DNA from: Gemmatimonadota bacterium
Lineage (GTDB): Bacteria; Gemmatimonadota; Gemmatimonadetes; Longimicrobiales; Gaopeijiaceae
Length of the DNA: 64,000 bases
Direction: 5' to 3'
Assembly: GCA_024638325.1 (NCBI GenBank)
Contig: JAHEKM010000001.1
Location: 18,279 to 82,278 of the forward strand
Of this stretch, positions 1-8,852 are shown one piece after another. The notes under the pieces are model-generated. The model had not been told where the DNA came from. It made no database searches and saw only the letters and a list, made by a program, of their open reading frames with translations. Each line of letters starts with the position of its first letter. Position 1 is the stretch's first letter. The translations under genes and the position numbers were made by a program.

Positions 1-116
1 GCCGTCTGTGGGGGTGGTTTCGGCTTCCACGGTCGCTCGTCCGGGGGTTGGCGCCTGGAAGATCGACGAGGTGGGGGGAGGGGGCAAACCGCCCGACCCC
101 TCCGCGGGCGGACCGG

Positions 117-635
117 TCAGGTCGCCTTGCGGACCACGCCCAGGATCTCCTGCAGCGTCGTGCGCGCCCGGTCCTTCGCGTACCAGCGCCGCACAACCTT
201 GTATCGCTCGGGCGAAGGCATCGCGAGCCCCTCGCCCAGCACCCACTCCTGGAGCTCGCCCGGCCTCGGGCCCCACCAGCCGATCTCGTTGAACTCCTCG
301 TCGTAGACGATCACCACGGGGATCGAGCGGCTCCTGCCGTTCGTGAGGTGCGTGTCCATGAGGTCGGGGTTGTCGTCGCGGGAGAGGACCCGGAGATCCC
401 AACCGACTTCCTGCGCGAGTCGAGCGACGGCCGGCAGGGTGTTCACCGCGTCCCCGCACCAGTCCTCGGAGATCGCAACGAGGTTCCACGACCCCGGGAG
501 CGCGCCGGCCTCCTCCACGAGTTCGTCCGGGAGGCGGACGCGCTCATGGACGCCGTGCCAGAGGTCACGGTTACGGTCCACGGTCTCGAGGTATTCCTCG
601 AACGTCGGCGCGGCCTGGAAGCGCTTTCGATCCAC
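117..635 (-). CDS. Thioredoxin-family protein (Thioredoxin_9-like, single-Cys WCGD motif)
   Basis: SEDWCGDA motif, RSIP cis-Pro loop, WGPRP motif; lies just downstream of typA on the same strand. Confidence 0.8.
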   Translation of the reverse strand: MDRKRFQAAPTFEEYLETVDRNRDLWHGVHERVRLPDELVEEAGALPGSWNLVAISEDWCGDAVNTLPAVARLAQEVGWDLRVLSRDDNPDLMDTHLTNGRSRSIPVVIVYDEEFNEIGWWGPRPGELQEWVLGEGLAMPSPERYKVVRRWYAKDRARTTLQEILGVVRKAT

Positions 636-663
636 GGGCGTCTGGGGTACCGGACCGCGAGCG

Positions 664-2508
664 TCAGGCGGTCTGGGTGGCCCTCTTGGCCGCCTTCTTC
701 CGCTGCGTCGGATCCAGGACCCGCTTGCGCAGGCGAATCGCGTCGGGGGTGACCTCGATGAGCTCGTCGTCCTCGATGAACTCCAGACCCAGCTCGAGCG
801 TCATTCGGCGGGGAGGCTCGAGCTTGATGTTTTCGTCCGAAGAAGTGGTTCGCATGTTCGTGAGCTTCTTCTCCTTGCTCACGTTCACGTCCATGTCGTC
901 GGTGCGGGCGTTCTCGCCCACGATCATTCCGCCGTACGCTTCGTCCCCCGGCTTCACGAAGAGCGTCGCACGCTCCTGGAGCCCGAAGAGCGCGAAGCCC
1001 ACGGCCTTGCCACCCCGGTCGGCCACCAGCACGCCGCGGGTCCTGCCCTTGATGGGTCCGGCCCAGTTTCCCCACGAGTGGAAGTTGTGGTGCAAGATGC
1101 CCTCACCCCGGGTGTCCGTGAGGAACTCCGAGCGGTACCCGAAGAGGCCGCGGGCGGGGACACGGAAGCGGAGCCGCGTCGCGCCGGAATCGCCCATGGG
1201 GCGCATCTCGGTCATCTCGCCGCGCCTGGAGCCGATCTTCTCGATGACCGTGCCGACGAGGTCGGAGGGGACCTCGACCACCGCTTCTTCGTACGGCTCC
1301 TCGAGCCTGCCCTCGTGCTTGCGGGTGATCACCCTGGGTCGGGACACCTGGAACTCGTACCCCTCGCGCCGCATGGTCTCCATGAGGATCGCGAGATGGA
1401 GCTCCCCGCGCCCGCTCACGGTGAACGTGTCGGGCTGCTCGGTGTCCTCGACTCGCAGGGCCACGTTACGCTCGAGCTCCCTATAGAGCCGTTCACGGAG
1501 CTGGCGGGTGGTGACGTACCGGCCCGACTGACCCGCGAAGGGGGAGTTGTTCACGGTGAAGTCTACGGAGAGCGTGGGCTCCTCGACCGCGATGCCCTCC
1601 ATTCGCTCCGTGTGCTCCGGGTCCGTGAGCGTCTTGCCGATCTCGACGCCCTCGATGCCCGCGAGCGCGACGATGTCGCCCGCGTCGGCCTCCTCGACCT
1701 CGATACGATCCAGGCCACTGAAGACGTACAGCTTGGAGACCTTGGCTTCCTCGATCTCGTCGGGCGCGCTCACGAGGCCCTCGTCGCCGAGCTCCAACAG
1801 GGCGACCCGCTCGCCCACGTGCACGCTGCCCCTCTCCACTCGACCGATGGCGATTCGGCCGACGTAGGGCGAGTGGTCGAGCGTGGAGATCAGCATCTGG
1901 AACGGCCCTTCTGGGTCGACCCTCGGCTCCGGAAAGTACCGGACGATGGTATCGAAGAGCGGCGCCAGGTCGCCGCCACTGGCGTCCGGCTCCACGGCGG
2001 CCCAGCCGTCTCGGCCCACCGCGTAGAGGAAGGGCGCGTCGAGCTGGGCATCGCTCGCGTCCAGGTCCATGAAGAGCTCCAGGACCTCGTCGTGGACCTC
2101 GAGGGGACGCGCGTCCCCGCGGTCGACCTTGTTGATCACGACCAGCGGCTGCAGCCCGAGATCCAGTGCCTTGCGCGTGACGAAGCGCGTCTGGGGCATC
2201 GGCCCCTCGGCGGCATCCACGAGCAGGACGACACCGTCGACCATGCGCAGGATGCGCTCGACCTCGCCACCGAAGTCCGCGTGCCCCGGTGTATCGACGA
2301 TGTTGATCTTCACCCCGTGCCAACTGACCGCGGTGTTCTTCGCCAGAATGGTGATGCCCCGCTCGCGCTCGAGCGGGTTCGAATCCATCACGCGCTCCTG
2401 GATGGCCTGATTCTCCCGGAAGACGCCGGCTTGTCTGAACATCTGGTCGACCAGGGTCGTCTTCCCGTGATCGACGTGCGCGATGATGGCGATGTTGCGG
2501 ATCTGCAT
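664..2508 (-). CDS. typA: Translational GTPase TypA/BipA
   Basis: Starts [44 protein letters not shown]-terminal KKLTNMR...DDELIEVTP. Start trimmed to the ATG at 2508. Confidence 0.97.
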   Translation of the reverse strand: MQIRNIAIIAHVDHGKTTLVDQMFRQAGVFRENQAIQERVMDSNPLERERGITILAKNTAVSWHGVKINIVDTPGHADFGGEVERILRMVDGVVLLVDAAEGPMPQTRFVTRKALDLGLQPLVVINKVDRGDARPLEVHDEVLELFMDLDASDAQLDAPFLYAVGRDGWAAVEPDASGGDLAPLFDTIVRYFPEPRVDPEGPFQMLISTLDHSPYVGRIAIGRVERGSVHVGERVALLELGDEGLVSAPDEIEEAKVSKLYVFSGLDRIEVEEADAGDIVALAGIEGVEIGKTLTDPEHTERMEGIAVEEPTLSVDFTVNNSPFAGQSGRYVTTRQLRERLYRELERNVALRVEDTEQPDTFTVSGRGELHLAILMETMRREGYEFQVSRPRVITRKHEGRLEEPYEEAVVEVPSDLVGTVIEKIGSRRGEMTEMRPMGDSGATRLRFRVPARGLFGYRSEFLTDTRGEGILHHNFHSWGNWAGPIKGRTRGVLVADRGGKAVGFALFGLQERATLFVKPGDEAYGGMIVGENARTDDMDVNVSKEKKLTNMRTTSSDENIKLEPPRRMTLELGLEFIEDDELIEVTPDAIRLRKRVLDPTQRKKAAKRATQTA

Positions 2509-2754
2509 ATGTCGAGCGGGCTTGCCCGCCTGGGTCCTGAGGGTGTGACCGCCGCGGCTGCGACAGCATATAAAGCTAACGGAACGCGAGGCGGAGACTA
2601 ACCACATGGGCGAAAGGCGCGGCCAGGCCGGGTGCCTCGGCCATGTCGGTGTCAGGCCCGTGCACCACCCTCATCGAGAAAAGGCTTGCGGCGGAACCCG
2701 GCCCGAGATGATTCGTGTAGGAGCGGTGGTAGTGGATTTCGGAGGATGGGGACG

Positions 2755-3471
2755 ATGATTCTACCCACGATTCGAGCATCGTTTTCGCGACGCGACGTCC
2801 TCCACCTGGTACGGTTGCTGGGTCGAGGGGACGACGAGTTGCGGCGCGGCGCCGAGCAGCGCCTCGATGAGGAGGGCCCCGACGCCATCCTCGACGACCC
2901 GCGCATTCTCAACGCGCTGCTCACTTCCACCGACGCTTCGGCGCCCACGAACCTGGTCTTCTACGTGCTCGTGCGGCACGCGCTGCTCGAGGTCGGGATC
3001 GACGATCGGGGCACGGCCGACTACGTCGCGTCCATGCTCGTCGCGTTCGGGCAGTCCGGACGGGCCTACCGCCCCAGCGATCACGCGCCCGAGGAGTACC
3101 ATTACCTGGTCGACATGGTCGCGCGGCTCGCTGACGCAGACCGACGCGAGGCCTTCCTGCTGCGCTCGCACCTGGGCAACTTCTCGCTCTGGCTCTCGGG
3201 CCTCTTTCCGGACTACCTGGCGGCGCGGGTGCGGCGCCGGGGCGCCCCGGACATCGGCTACTACGAGCAGATGGGCACCACCGGGTATCAGCTGGCCGCG
3301 AGGAGTCCCGAGGCCAAGACACTCGGCCTGGATGGGGTTCTCGGCGACGTGGCGAGCCACTTCAAGGGCGTGCGGACGGCCCTGAACCTGGTCTCGGACC
3401 GATATCTGTGGCCGGGGTCTGGCGATCCTGTGAACCGGCTACTGAGGGAGGTCGTAGCCAGAACGGGCTGA
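2755..3471 (+). CDS. Conserved hypothetical protein
   Basis: GC3-rich ORF with GGAGG upstream; start MILPTIRASF chosen; contains LGNFSLWLSGLFPD..YYEQMG; divergent from typA. Confidence 0.7.
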   Translation: MILPTIRASFSRRDVLHLVRLLGRGDDELRRGAEQRLDEEGPDAILDDPRILNALLTSTDASAPTNLVFYVLVRHALLEVGIDDRGTADYVASMLVAFGQSGRAYRPSDHAPEEYHYLVDMVARLADADRREAFLLRSHLGNFSLWLSGLFPDYLAARVRRRGAPDIGYYEQMGTTGYQLAARSPEAKTLGLDGVLGDVASHFKGVRTALNLVSDRYLWPGSGDPVNRLLREVVARTG

Positions 3472-3505
3472 GGGTCTCCTCGGACGAGCGGCGCCCGCCG
3501 GGGCG

Positions 3506-4582
3506 TCAGCCGGCCCGGCGACCCACCAGCGGAATCGAGCCCACGAGTGCGTCCCAGGCCCGCTGGAAGTCCTCGCGGGCGGGGTCGCCCACAGCGGGAC
3601 GCCGCACCGCCTCGACAACGAAGGCGAGCACGACGCCGGCCATGCCACCCAGCACGAGTCCGAGCGCGATGGCCAGCAGGAGGCTCCGGTCGTCCGGCCC
3701 GGGGGGTAGATGGGGAGCCTGGAGAACCGTGATCACCGGAGTGTCGCGCACCTCGGCGATCCGCGCCTCGTCCAGCGCCTGCACGAGGCCGGTGTAGACC
3801 TGCTGCCGAAGCGCGATGTCGCGCGCGTAGCGCTCCTGCTGAAACGTCAGTTCGGGCGAATCCTCGAACCTGCGGTTGGCCTGGAGGAAGCCCTCCATGC
3901 GTGCCTCGGCCTGCAGGAGCGCGGCTTGGGCACTGTCCACCCGTGCCTCGATGAAGACCCGCTCGGCCATGGCTTGGGATCGCCTCGTCTCCAGGTTGAA
4001 GACCTGGATCTCGGCCAATAGTCGATCCGCGATCGCCTTGGACAGATCGGGCCACTCGGTCGTGACGCCGACGGTGAGAATGCCCGTCTCTCGACCGGTC
4101 TGGATCGAAATCAGGTCGTCGCGCAGCCCCTCGATGGCCTCCTCGACCCGAAGCTCCTCGGTGTCCTCCTCGATCTCCAGCAGGTCCACGAGCGGCACCG
4201 AGCCGACACCCTCGACCGTGTAGCTCCGGTCGGCCACCCGGTGGAGGATCTCGCGAGACACCAGGAGCTCGGCGTAGAAGGCCGGGCTCAGCTCTTCGCC
4301 CCCGACCCCCGGGACGTTGACCCCGAACTGACCAGCCAAAGCGAGGAGCTGAGACGCGGACGCCTCGGATCCCTGCGGCCGGAACGAAGCCTGGGTCGTG
4401 AATTCCTCGGCGGCGAGCAGCGTGTACGCTACGGCGGCGGCGACGCACAGCAGCGTGGTGAGCACGATTGTCCCGCGGCGACGAAGCAGCACCGCGAGTA
4501 CCTCCCACAGGGAGATCTCGTCGTCGAGCGGACGGCTCGCGGTCGCCGCTCCGCTTCCCATCTGCTGAGAATCGCTCGTCAT
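3506..4582 (-). CDS. Wzz/GumC-like polysaccharide chain-length determinant (co-polymerase)
   Basis: DDEISLWEVL N-terminus followed by a TM helix, long coiled periplasmic region, Pro-rich segment and Gly-rich second TM (ALGLVLGGMAG). Start trimmed to the ATG at 4582. Confidence 0.8.
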   Translation of the reverse strand: MTSDSQQMGSGAATASRPLDDEISLWEVLAVLLRRRGTIVLTTLLCVAAAVAYTLLAAEEFTTQASFRPQGSEASASQLLALAGQFGVNVPGVGGEELSPAFYAELLVSREILHRVADRSYTVEGVGSVPLVDLLEIEEDTEELRVEEAIEGLRDDLISIQTGRETGILTVGVTTEWPDLSKAIADRLLAEIQVFNLETRRSQAMAERVFIEARVDSAQAALLQAEARMEGFLQANRRFEDSPELTFQQERYARDIALRQQVYTGLVQALDEARIAEVRDTPVITVLQAPHLPPGPDDRSLLLAIALGLVLGGMAGVVLAFVVEAVRRPAVGDPAREDFQRAWDALVGSIPLVGRRAG

Positions 4583-4798
4583 GTCCGGGGTGCCGGGGTG
4601 CGCTCTGGCGCCCTGAATGGCGCGCCCGGAGTATCGCCGCCGCACAATCGACCAGCAACCGCGCCACAGCCGCCCATGCGAGAAGCGGGGGGGGCGCAGC
4701 CGCGTCGAGCTCGGGTTCGGACGCGCGCAACTTGACGGACCTTCCTGGTGACCGTCACCGTCAGCGCTCTCGCTACGACTTCCTTGGAAGGACTCGAC

Positions 4799-7018
4799 AT
4801 GCACACCTCCCGGCCCTCGTGGCTTCTGCTCCGCCTGGCTCTGGTCTCGCTGCCCCTCGCGTCCGCGTGTGCGACCGCGGACGCCGAGGATACGACCGGG
4901 GCTCTCGGAGCCACCGAGATACGGGTCGAGGCCGTCTCGACGCGGGCTCACCTCGTGACGGGGGGCGACGTGCTCGTGCGGGTGGACGTCGGCACGGACC
5001 TGGAGGCGTCGGAGGTGAGGCTGCGCGCCGGGGGGCGGGACGCTCCTCTCCGGCAGGCGCCCGACGGGACGCTGACCTCGTTGGTGTCCGGGCTGCCCGA
5101 CGGCCACAGCCGGATCGAGGCAGCCATCCCGGGCGGGCCCAGCGCAACGCTCACCGTGACGAGCTACCCCGTCACTGGGCCGATCATCTCGGGTCCGCAC
5201 CAGTCGCCGTATCTGTGCCAGACACGGGACTTCGAGCTCGCCACTGGCGAGCCGCTAGGGCCGGCGCTCGATGAGGACTGCTCGATCGAGACCCGCGTGG
5301 ACTACGTCTACCTGTCGAGCGTCGACGGCGAGTTCAAGACGTATCCACTGGGCGCGGCCGGACCGGACGACGTCGCACGGGCGACGACGTTGGACGGCTT
5401 CGACGTACCGTTCATCGTGCGCGTGCAGACCGGCACGGTGAACCGCGCGATCTACCAGAGCGCCATCCTTCACGACCCGTCGAATCCCGCCCCGGACGCC
5501 TGGACCCGTAGTCGCGGGTGGAACGGCAAGCTGGTCTATACGCACGGCGGTGGCTGTCGCAACGGATGGTTCCGCCAGGGCTCGAGTGCAGGTTCAGTCC
5601 TGAACGAGGGGCTCCTGGCGATGGGCTTCGCGGTCACCTCGTCGTCGCTCAACGTGTTCGGCAACAACTGCAACGACCTGCTCGCGTCCGAGACCCACAT
5701 CATGGTCAAGGAGCGCTTCGTCGAGAGCTACGGCGCGCCGCTTTACACGATCGGCACCGGTGGGTCGGGTGGGTCGTACCAGAGCCATCAGACAGCCGAC
5801 AACTACCCGGGTGTCTTCGACGGCATCATCGTCTCGTCGTCGTTCCCGGACGTGACCTCGGCCACCATCTTCACGCTCGCAGATTCGCGGCTCCTCTGGC
5901 ACTATTTCAACGAGGTCGCGCCGGGCGCCTTCACGCAGGAGGAGCAGCGGCTCGTGTCGGGCTTCGGCTCGCATGGTAGCATCGCCAACCTGAGCCGGGG
6001 CGCGGCCCGCATCGACCCCACGTTCGACCCGGCGGCACCGCCTGAGGTGCAGGGCTCGGAGGTCGCGGGCCTCGAAGCACTCGTGGCGCTGCGGTACAGC
6101 CCGACCAACCCGGACGGGATTCGCGCAACGGTCTACGACCATACGGTCAACGTGTACGGCTACGACGAGTCCGCGGGCGGCGCTGCGCGCCCGCTCGACA
6201 ACCATGGTGTGCAGTATGGTCTCGAGGCTCTGCAGGCAGGCGCCATAACCAAGACGCAGTTCCTCGCCCTCAACCGCGACATCGGGGGCTTCGACGGGGA
6301 CCTGAACCACGTGACCGAGCGGCACCGGGCGGACCCGACTGCGACGCGGCGCGCGATCGACACGGGACGCGTCCTCTTCGGTGGCGCTGGATTGGCGTCG
6401 ACGCCGGTCATCGACTACCGCAGCTACACGGATCACCGGGAGGGTGGTGACATCCACATGATCGTCCATCAGTTCACGACGCGGTCGCGGCTCGAGAAGG
6501 CCAACGGGCACGCGGACAACCACATCATGAACGTGGGTGGGGCGTGGGGCTTCAGCGAGGAGCGCCCGGACCTGGGCGACCTCTTCCGCTCCATGGATAC
6601 GTGGCTGATGACGCTGTTGGAGGGCGACGACTCGGGTGTGTCACGCGCGGAGCGGGTGGTCGACTCCAAGCCGGAGGACTTGGTCGACAACTGCTGGGAC
6701 ACCTCCGGGGAGCCCCGCCGCAACATCCGAGAGCCGCTCTCGTTCGACGGCTCCGGAGCGTGCGCCGACCTCTACCCCGCGTATCCGACGCCGAGACATG
6801 TGGCCGGTGCTCCGCTGGCCAACGACATCGTCAGCTGCCAGCTGAGGCCGCTGGACCGGGCCGACTACGGCGTCGAGTTCACCGCGGCGGAGTGGTCCGA
6901 GCTCCAAGCGATCTTCCCAGAGGGCGTGTGTGACTGGGCGAAGGGCGACGCCCACGCTCAGGGCTACCAGGGAACGTGGCTCTCTTTCGGGCCGTCCCCG
7001 GTGAACCGAGCGCGGTAG
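4799..7018 (+). CDS. DUF6351-like secreted/lipoprotein alpha/beta hydrolase (tannase-like fold)
   Basis: Signal peptide with LASAC lipobox; WNGKLVYTHGGGC; GGSGGS nucleophile elbow; C-terminal FPEGVCDW. Confidence 0.7.
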   Translation: MHTSRPSWLLLRLALVSLPLASACATADAEDTTGALGATEIRVEAVSTRAHLVTGGDVLVRVDVGTDLEASEVRLRAGGRDAPLRQAPDGTLTSLVSGLPDGHSRIEAAIPGGPSATLTVTSYPVTGPIISGPHQSPYLCQTRDFELATGEPLGPALDEDCSIETRVDYVYLSSVDGEFKTYPLGAAGPDDVARATTLDGFDVPFIVRVQTGTVNRAIYQSAILHDPSNPAPDAWTRSRGWNGKLVYTHGGGCRNGWFRQGSSAGSVLNEGLLAMGFAVTSSSLNVFGNNCNDLLASETHIMVKERFVESYGAPLYTIGTGGSGGSYQSHQTADNYPGVFDGIIVSSSFPDVTSATIFTLADSRLLWHYFNEVAPGAFTQEEQRLVSGFGSHGSIANLSRGAARIDPTFDPAAPPEVQGSEVAGLEALVALRYSPTNPDGIRATVYDHTVNVYGYDESAGGAARPLDNHGVQYGLEALQAGAITKTQFLALNRDIGGFDGDLNHVTERHRADPTATRRAIDTGRVLFGGAGLASTPVIDYRSYTDHREGGDIHMIVHQFTTRSRLEKANGHADNHIMNVGGAWGFSEERPDLGDLFRSMDTWLMTLLEGDDSGVSRAERVVDSKPEDLVDNCWDTSGEPRRNIREPLSFDGSGACADLYPAYPTPRHVAGAPLANDIVSCQLRPLDRADYGVEFTAAEWSELQAIFPEGVCDWAKGDAHAQGYQGTWLSFGPSPVNRAR

Positions 7019-7022
7019 CCAC

Positions 7023-7997
7023 TCAGTCACCCAGGACGTACGAGAAGATCAGCGGCGCGACGATCGCCGCGTCGGAATTGATGTCGAAGCGCGGGGTGGC
7101 GCTCGTCAGCTTCCCCCACGTGATCTTCTCGTTTGCCGGAGCGCCCGAGTAGCCTCCGTACGACGGCCGCGCGTCGGTGATCTGACAGAAGTAGCCCCAA
7201 TACGGGACCTCGCGCTTCAGGTCCTGGCTGATGCAGGGCACGGCGCATATGGCGAAGTCCCCGGCGATACCACCGCCGATCTGGAAGAAGCCCACCGAAG
7301 GGTGCGTGCCGTCCCCATGGTTCTCCAGGTACCACTCGATGAGGGCGTGGAACTGCTCGGTGCCCGACTTCACGCACTGGTGGTCTGAAAGGGTCCGGTT
7401 GATCACGTTCGCGGCGAAGATGTTGCCTGTCGTCGAGTCCTCCCACCCGGGGGCCCACACAGGAATCCCCGCTTCTTTCGCGGCGAGCATCCATGAGTTC
7501 GCAGGATCGATCTGGTAGTGCTCGATCAGCGTCTCGTCGTCCAGCACCTCGAACAGGAACTCGGCCGGCGTCTTCCGGACTCCGGCCTTCCCTGCCCGAC
7601 TCCAGCACCCCACCAGCCGCGACTCGAGGTGTCGCATGACCGTCTCCGGGATGCACGTGTCGGTGACGCGGTTCATGCCCCGCTCGTAGAGCGCTTCCTC
7701 GTCGGCCGCCGAAAGCTCCCGCCACGAGCGCACGATCTCGTAGTCGTCGTGGGCGAGAAGGTTGAAGACGTCCTCCTCCAGGTTGGCGCCCGTGCACGAG
7801 ATCGCGTGCACGTGACCCGCGCGGATCATCCTGGCGAGCACGATCCCGAATTCGCCCGTCGACATTGCACCCGCCATGGCAACCAGCATCTTGCCACCTG
7901 CGGTGACGTGCGCCTCGTACGCCTTCGCCGCGTCGAGCACCTCACGAGCGTTGAAGTGCAGGTAGTGCGTCTCCATGAAGTCGCCGATCGCGCCCAA
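7023..7997 (-). CDS. Deoxyhypusine synthase-like protein (homospermidine synthase-type)
   Basis: HFNA, AGAMST, CTGANLEED, NRVTDTCIPE, GGGIAGDF, SYGGYSGA.NEKITWGK (catalytic Lys). Probable TTG start behind GGAGA. Confidence 0.9.
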   Translation of the reverse strand: MGAIGDFMETHYLHFNAREVLDAAKAYEAHVTAGGKMLVAMAGAMSTGEFGIVLARMIRAGHVHAISCTGANLEEDVFNLLAHDDYEIVRSWRELSAADEEALYERGMNRVTDTCIPETVMRHLESRLVGCWSRAGKAGVRKTPAEFLFEVLDDETLIEHYQIDPANSWMLAAKEAGIPVWAPGWEDSTTGNIFAANVINRTLSDHQCVKSGTEQFHALIEWYLENHGDGTHPSVGFFQIGGGIAGDFAICAVPCISQDLKREVPYWGYFCQITDARPSYGGYSGAPANEKITWGKLTSATPRFDINSDAAIVAPLIFSYVLGD

Positions 7998-8090
7998 TCT
8001 TCTCTCCGTGTTTTTTGGTGGGTTCGACAGTCTATCCCCAACGCAGAGCGCTGGCGATGCGCCGAGCGAGCGGGGTATGATGGCCGCCCC

Positions 8091-8852
8091 ATGTCCAAGT
8101 CCCATCCGCACCTGACCCTCGACGGGACCGTCGCCCGCCTCGTGCTCGACCGGCCCGAGCGACACAACTCCCTCGAGGCCGCCGACCTGCTGCGGTTTCG
8201 CGAGCACCTGGCCAGCGTCGAAGTAGACGAGTCGGTTCGTGTCCTCGTCCTCACGGGCACCGGAGAGAAGACGTTCTGCTCGGGCGCTTCACTGGATCAG
8301 ATCGAGTCCGGCGAGATGTCGGGTCGCATCTTCGAGACCCTGACTGAAGACCTCGCCTCGTCCAGGGTACCGTCGATTGCTGCACTCAACGGGAGCGTAT
8401 ACGGCGGTGGTGTCGAGCTGGCCTTGTGCTGTGACTTCCGCATCGGGGTCACCGGCAGCCGCATGTCGGTCCCGGCCTCGCGCCTCGGTATCTGCTATCC
8501 GGTCAGCGGGCTCGAGCGCTACGTCCGCACAGTCGGACCCGATGTGGCGCGACGCATCATGCTCGCGGGCGAGGAGCTCGACGCGGAAGAGATGCTGCAT
8601 GTGGGGTTGCTTCACCGCTTGGTGAAGCCCGAAACGCTCGAGCGCGAGACGTCGGAGCTGGCACAGACCCTGGCCGCGGGGGCCCCCCTCGCGCTGCAGG
8701 CCATGAAGCGCATCCTGCGGGAGCTCGCGCTCGGCACTCTGGACCGCCAAGAAGCCGACCGCCTGGTTAGCCAGTGCGAGACGTCCGAGGACCTGGCGGA
8801 AGGACTCGCCGCGCGCCGGGAGGACCGCGCCCCGGAGTTCCGTGGTCGCTGA
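8091..8852 (+). CDS. Enoyl-CoA hydratase/isomerase (crotonase) family
   Basis: LDRPERHNSL, FCSGASL, ALNGSVYGGGVELALCCD, C-terminal EGLAA..EDRAPEF. Confidence 0.88.
   Translation: MSKSHPHLTLDGTVARLVLDRPERHNSLEAADLLRFREHLASVEVDESVRVLVLTGTGEKTFCSGASLDQIESGEMSGRIFETLTEDLASSRVPSIAALNGSVYGGGVELALCCDFRIGVTGSRMSVPASRLGICYPVSGLERYVRTVGPDVARRIMLAGEELDAEEMLHVGLLHRLVKPETLERETSELAQTLAAGAPLALQAMKRILRELALGTLDRQEADRLVSQCETSEDLAEGLAARREDRAPEFRGR

Noticed and set aside
1..116. GC hairpin (CCGCCC...GGGCGG) and short ORFs at the window start
   Set aside because: Possible terminator of the typA-thioredoxin pair but no clear U-tract; ORFs are low-complexity
2375..2386. GGGTTCGAATCC resembling a tRNA T-arm
   Set aside because: Lies inside typA (antisense of MDSNP); no acceptor, D or anticodon stems
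343..2601. 752-aa plus-strand ORF, and other long antisense ORFs (24192-25898, 40388-42091, 43334-45109, 56081-57313, 57945-58964)
   Set aside because: They are shadows of well-supported genes on the opposite strand, expected in high-GC DNA, and have no motifs
3506..5200. Extended N-termini in the ORF track (also 7518, 39087, 45048, 45917, 48628, 48984, 50757)
   Set aside because: Extensions overlap neighbouring genes and are low-complexity; starts were trimmed to those supported by motifs, RBS or overlaps
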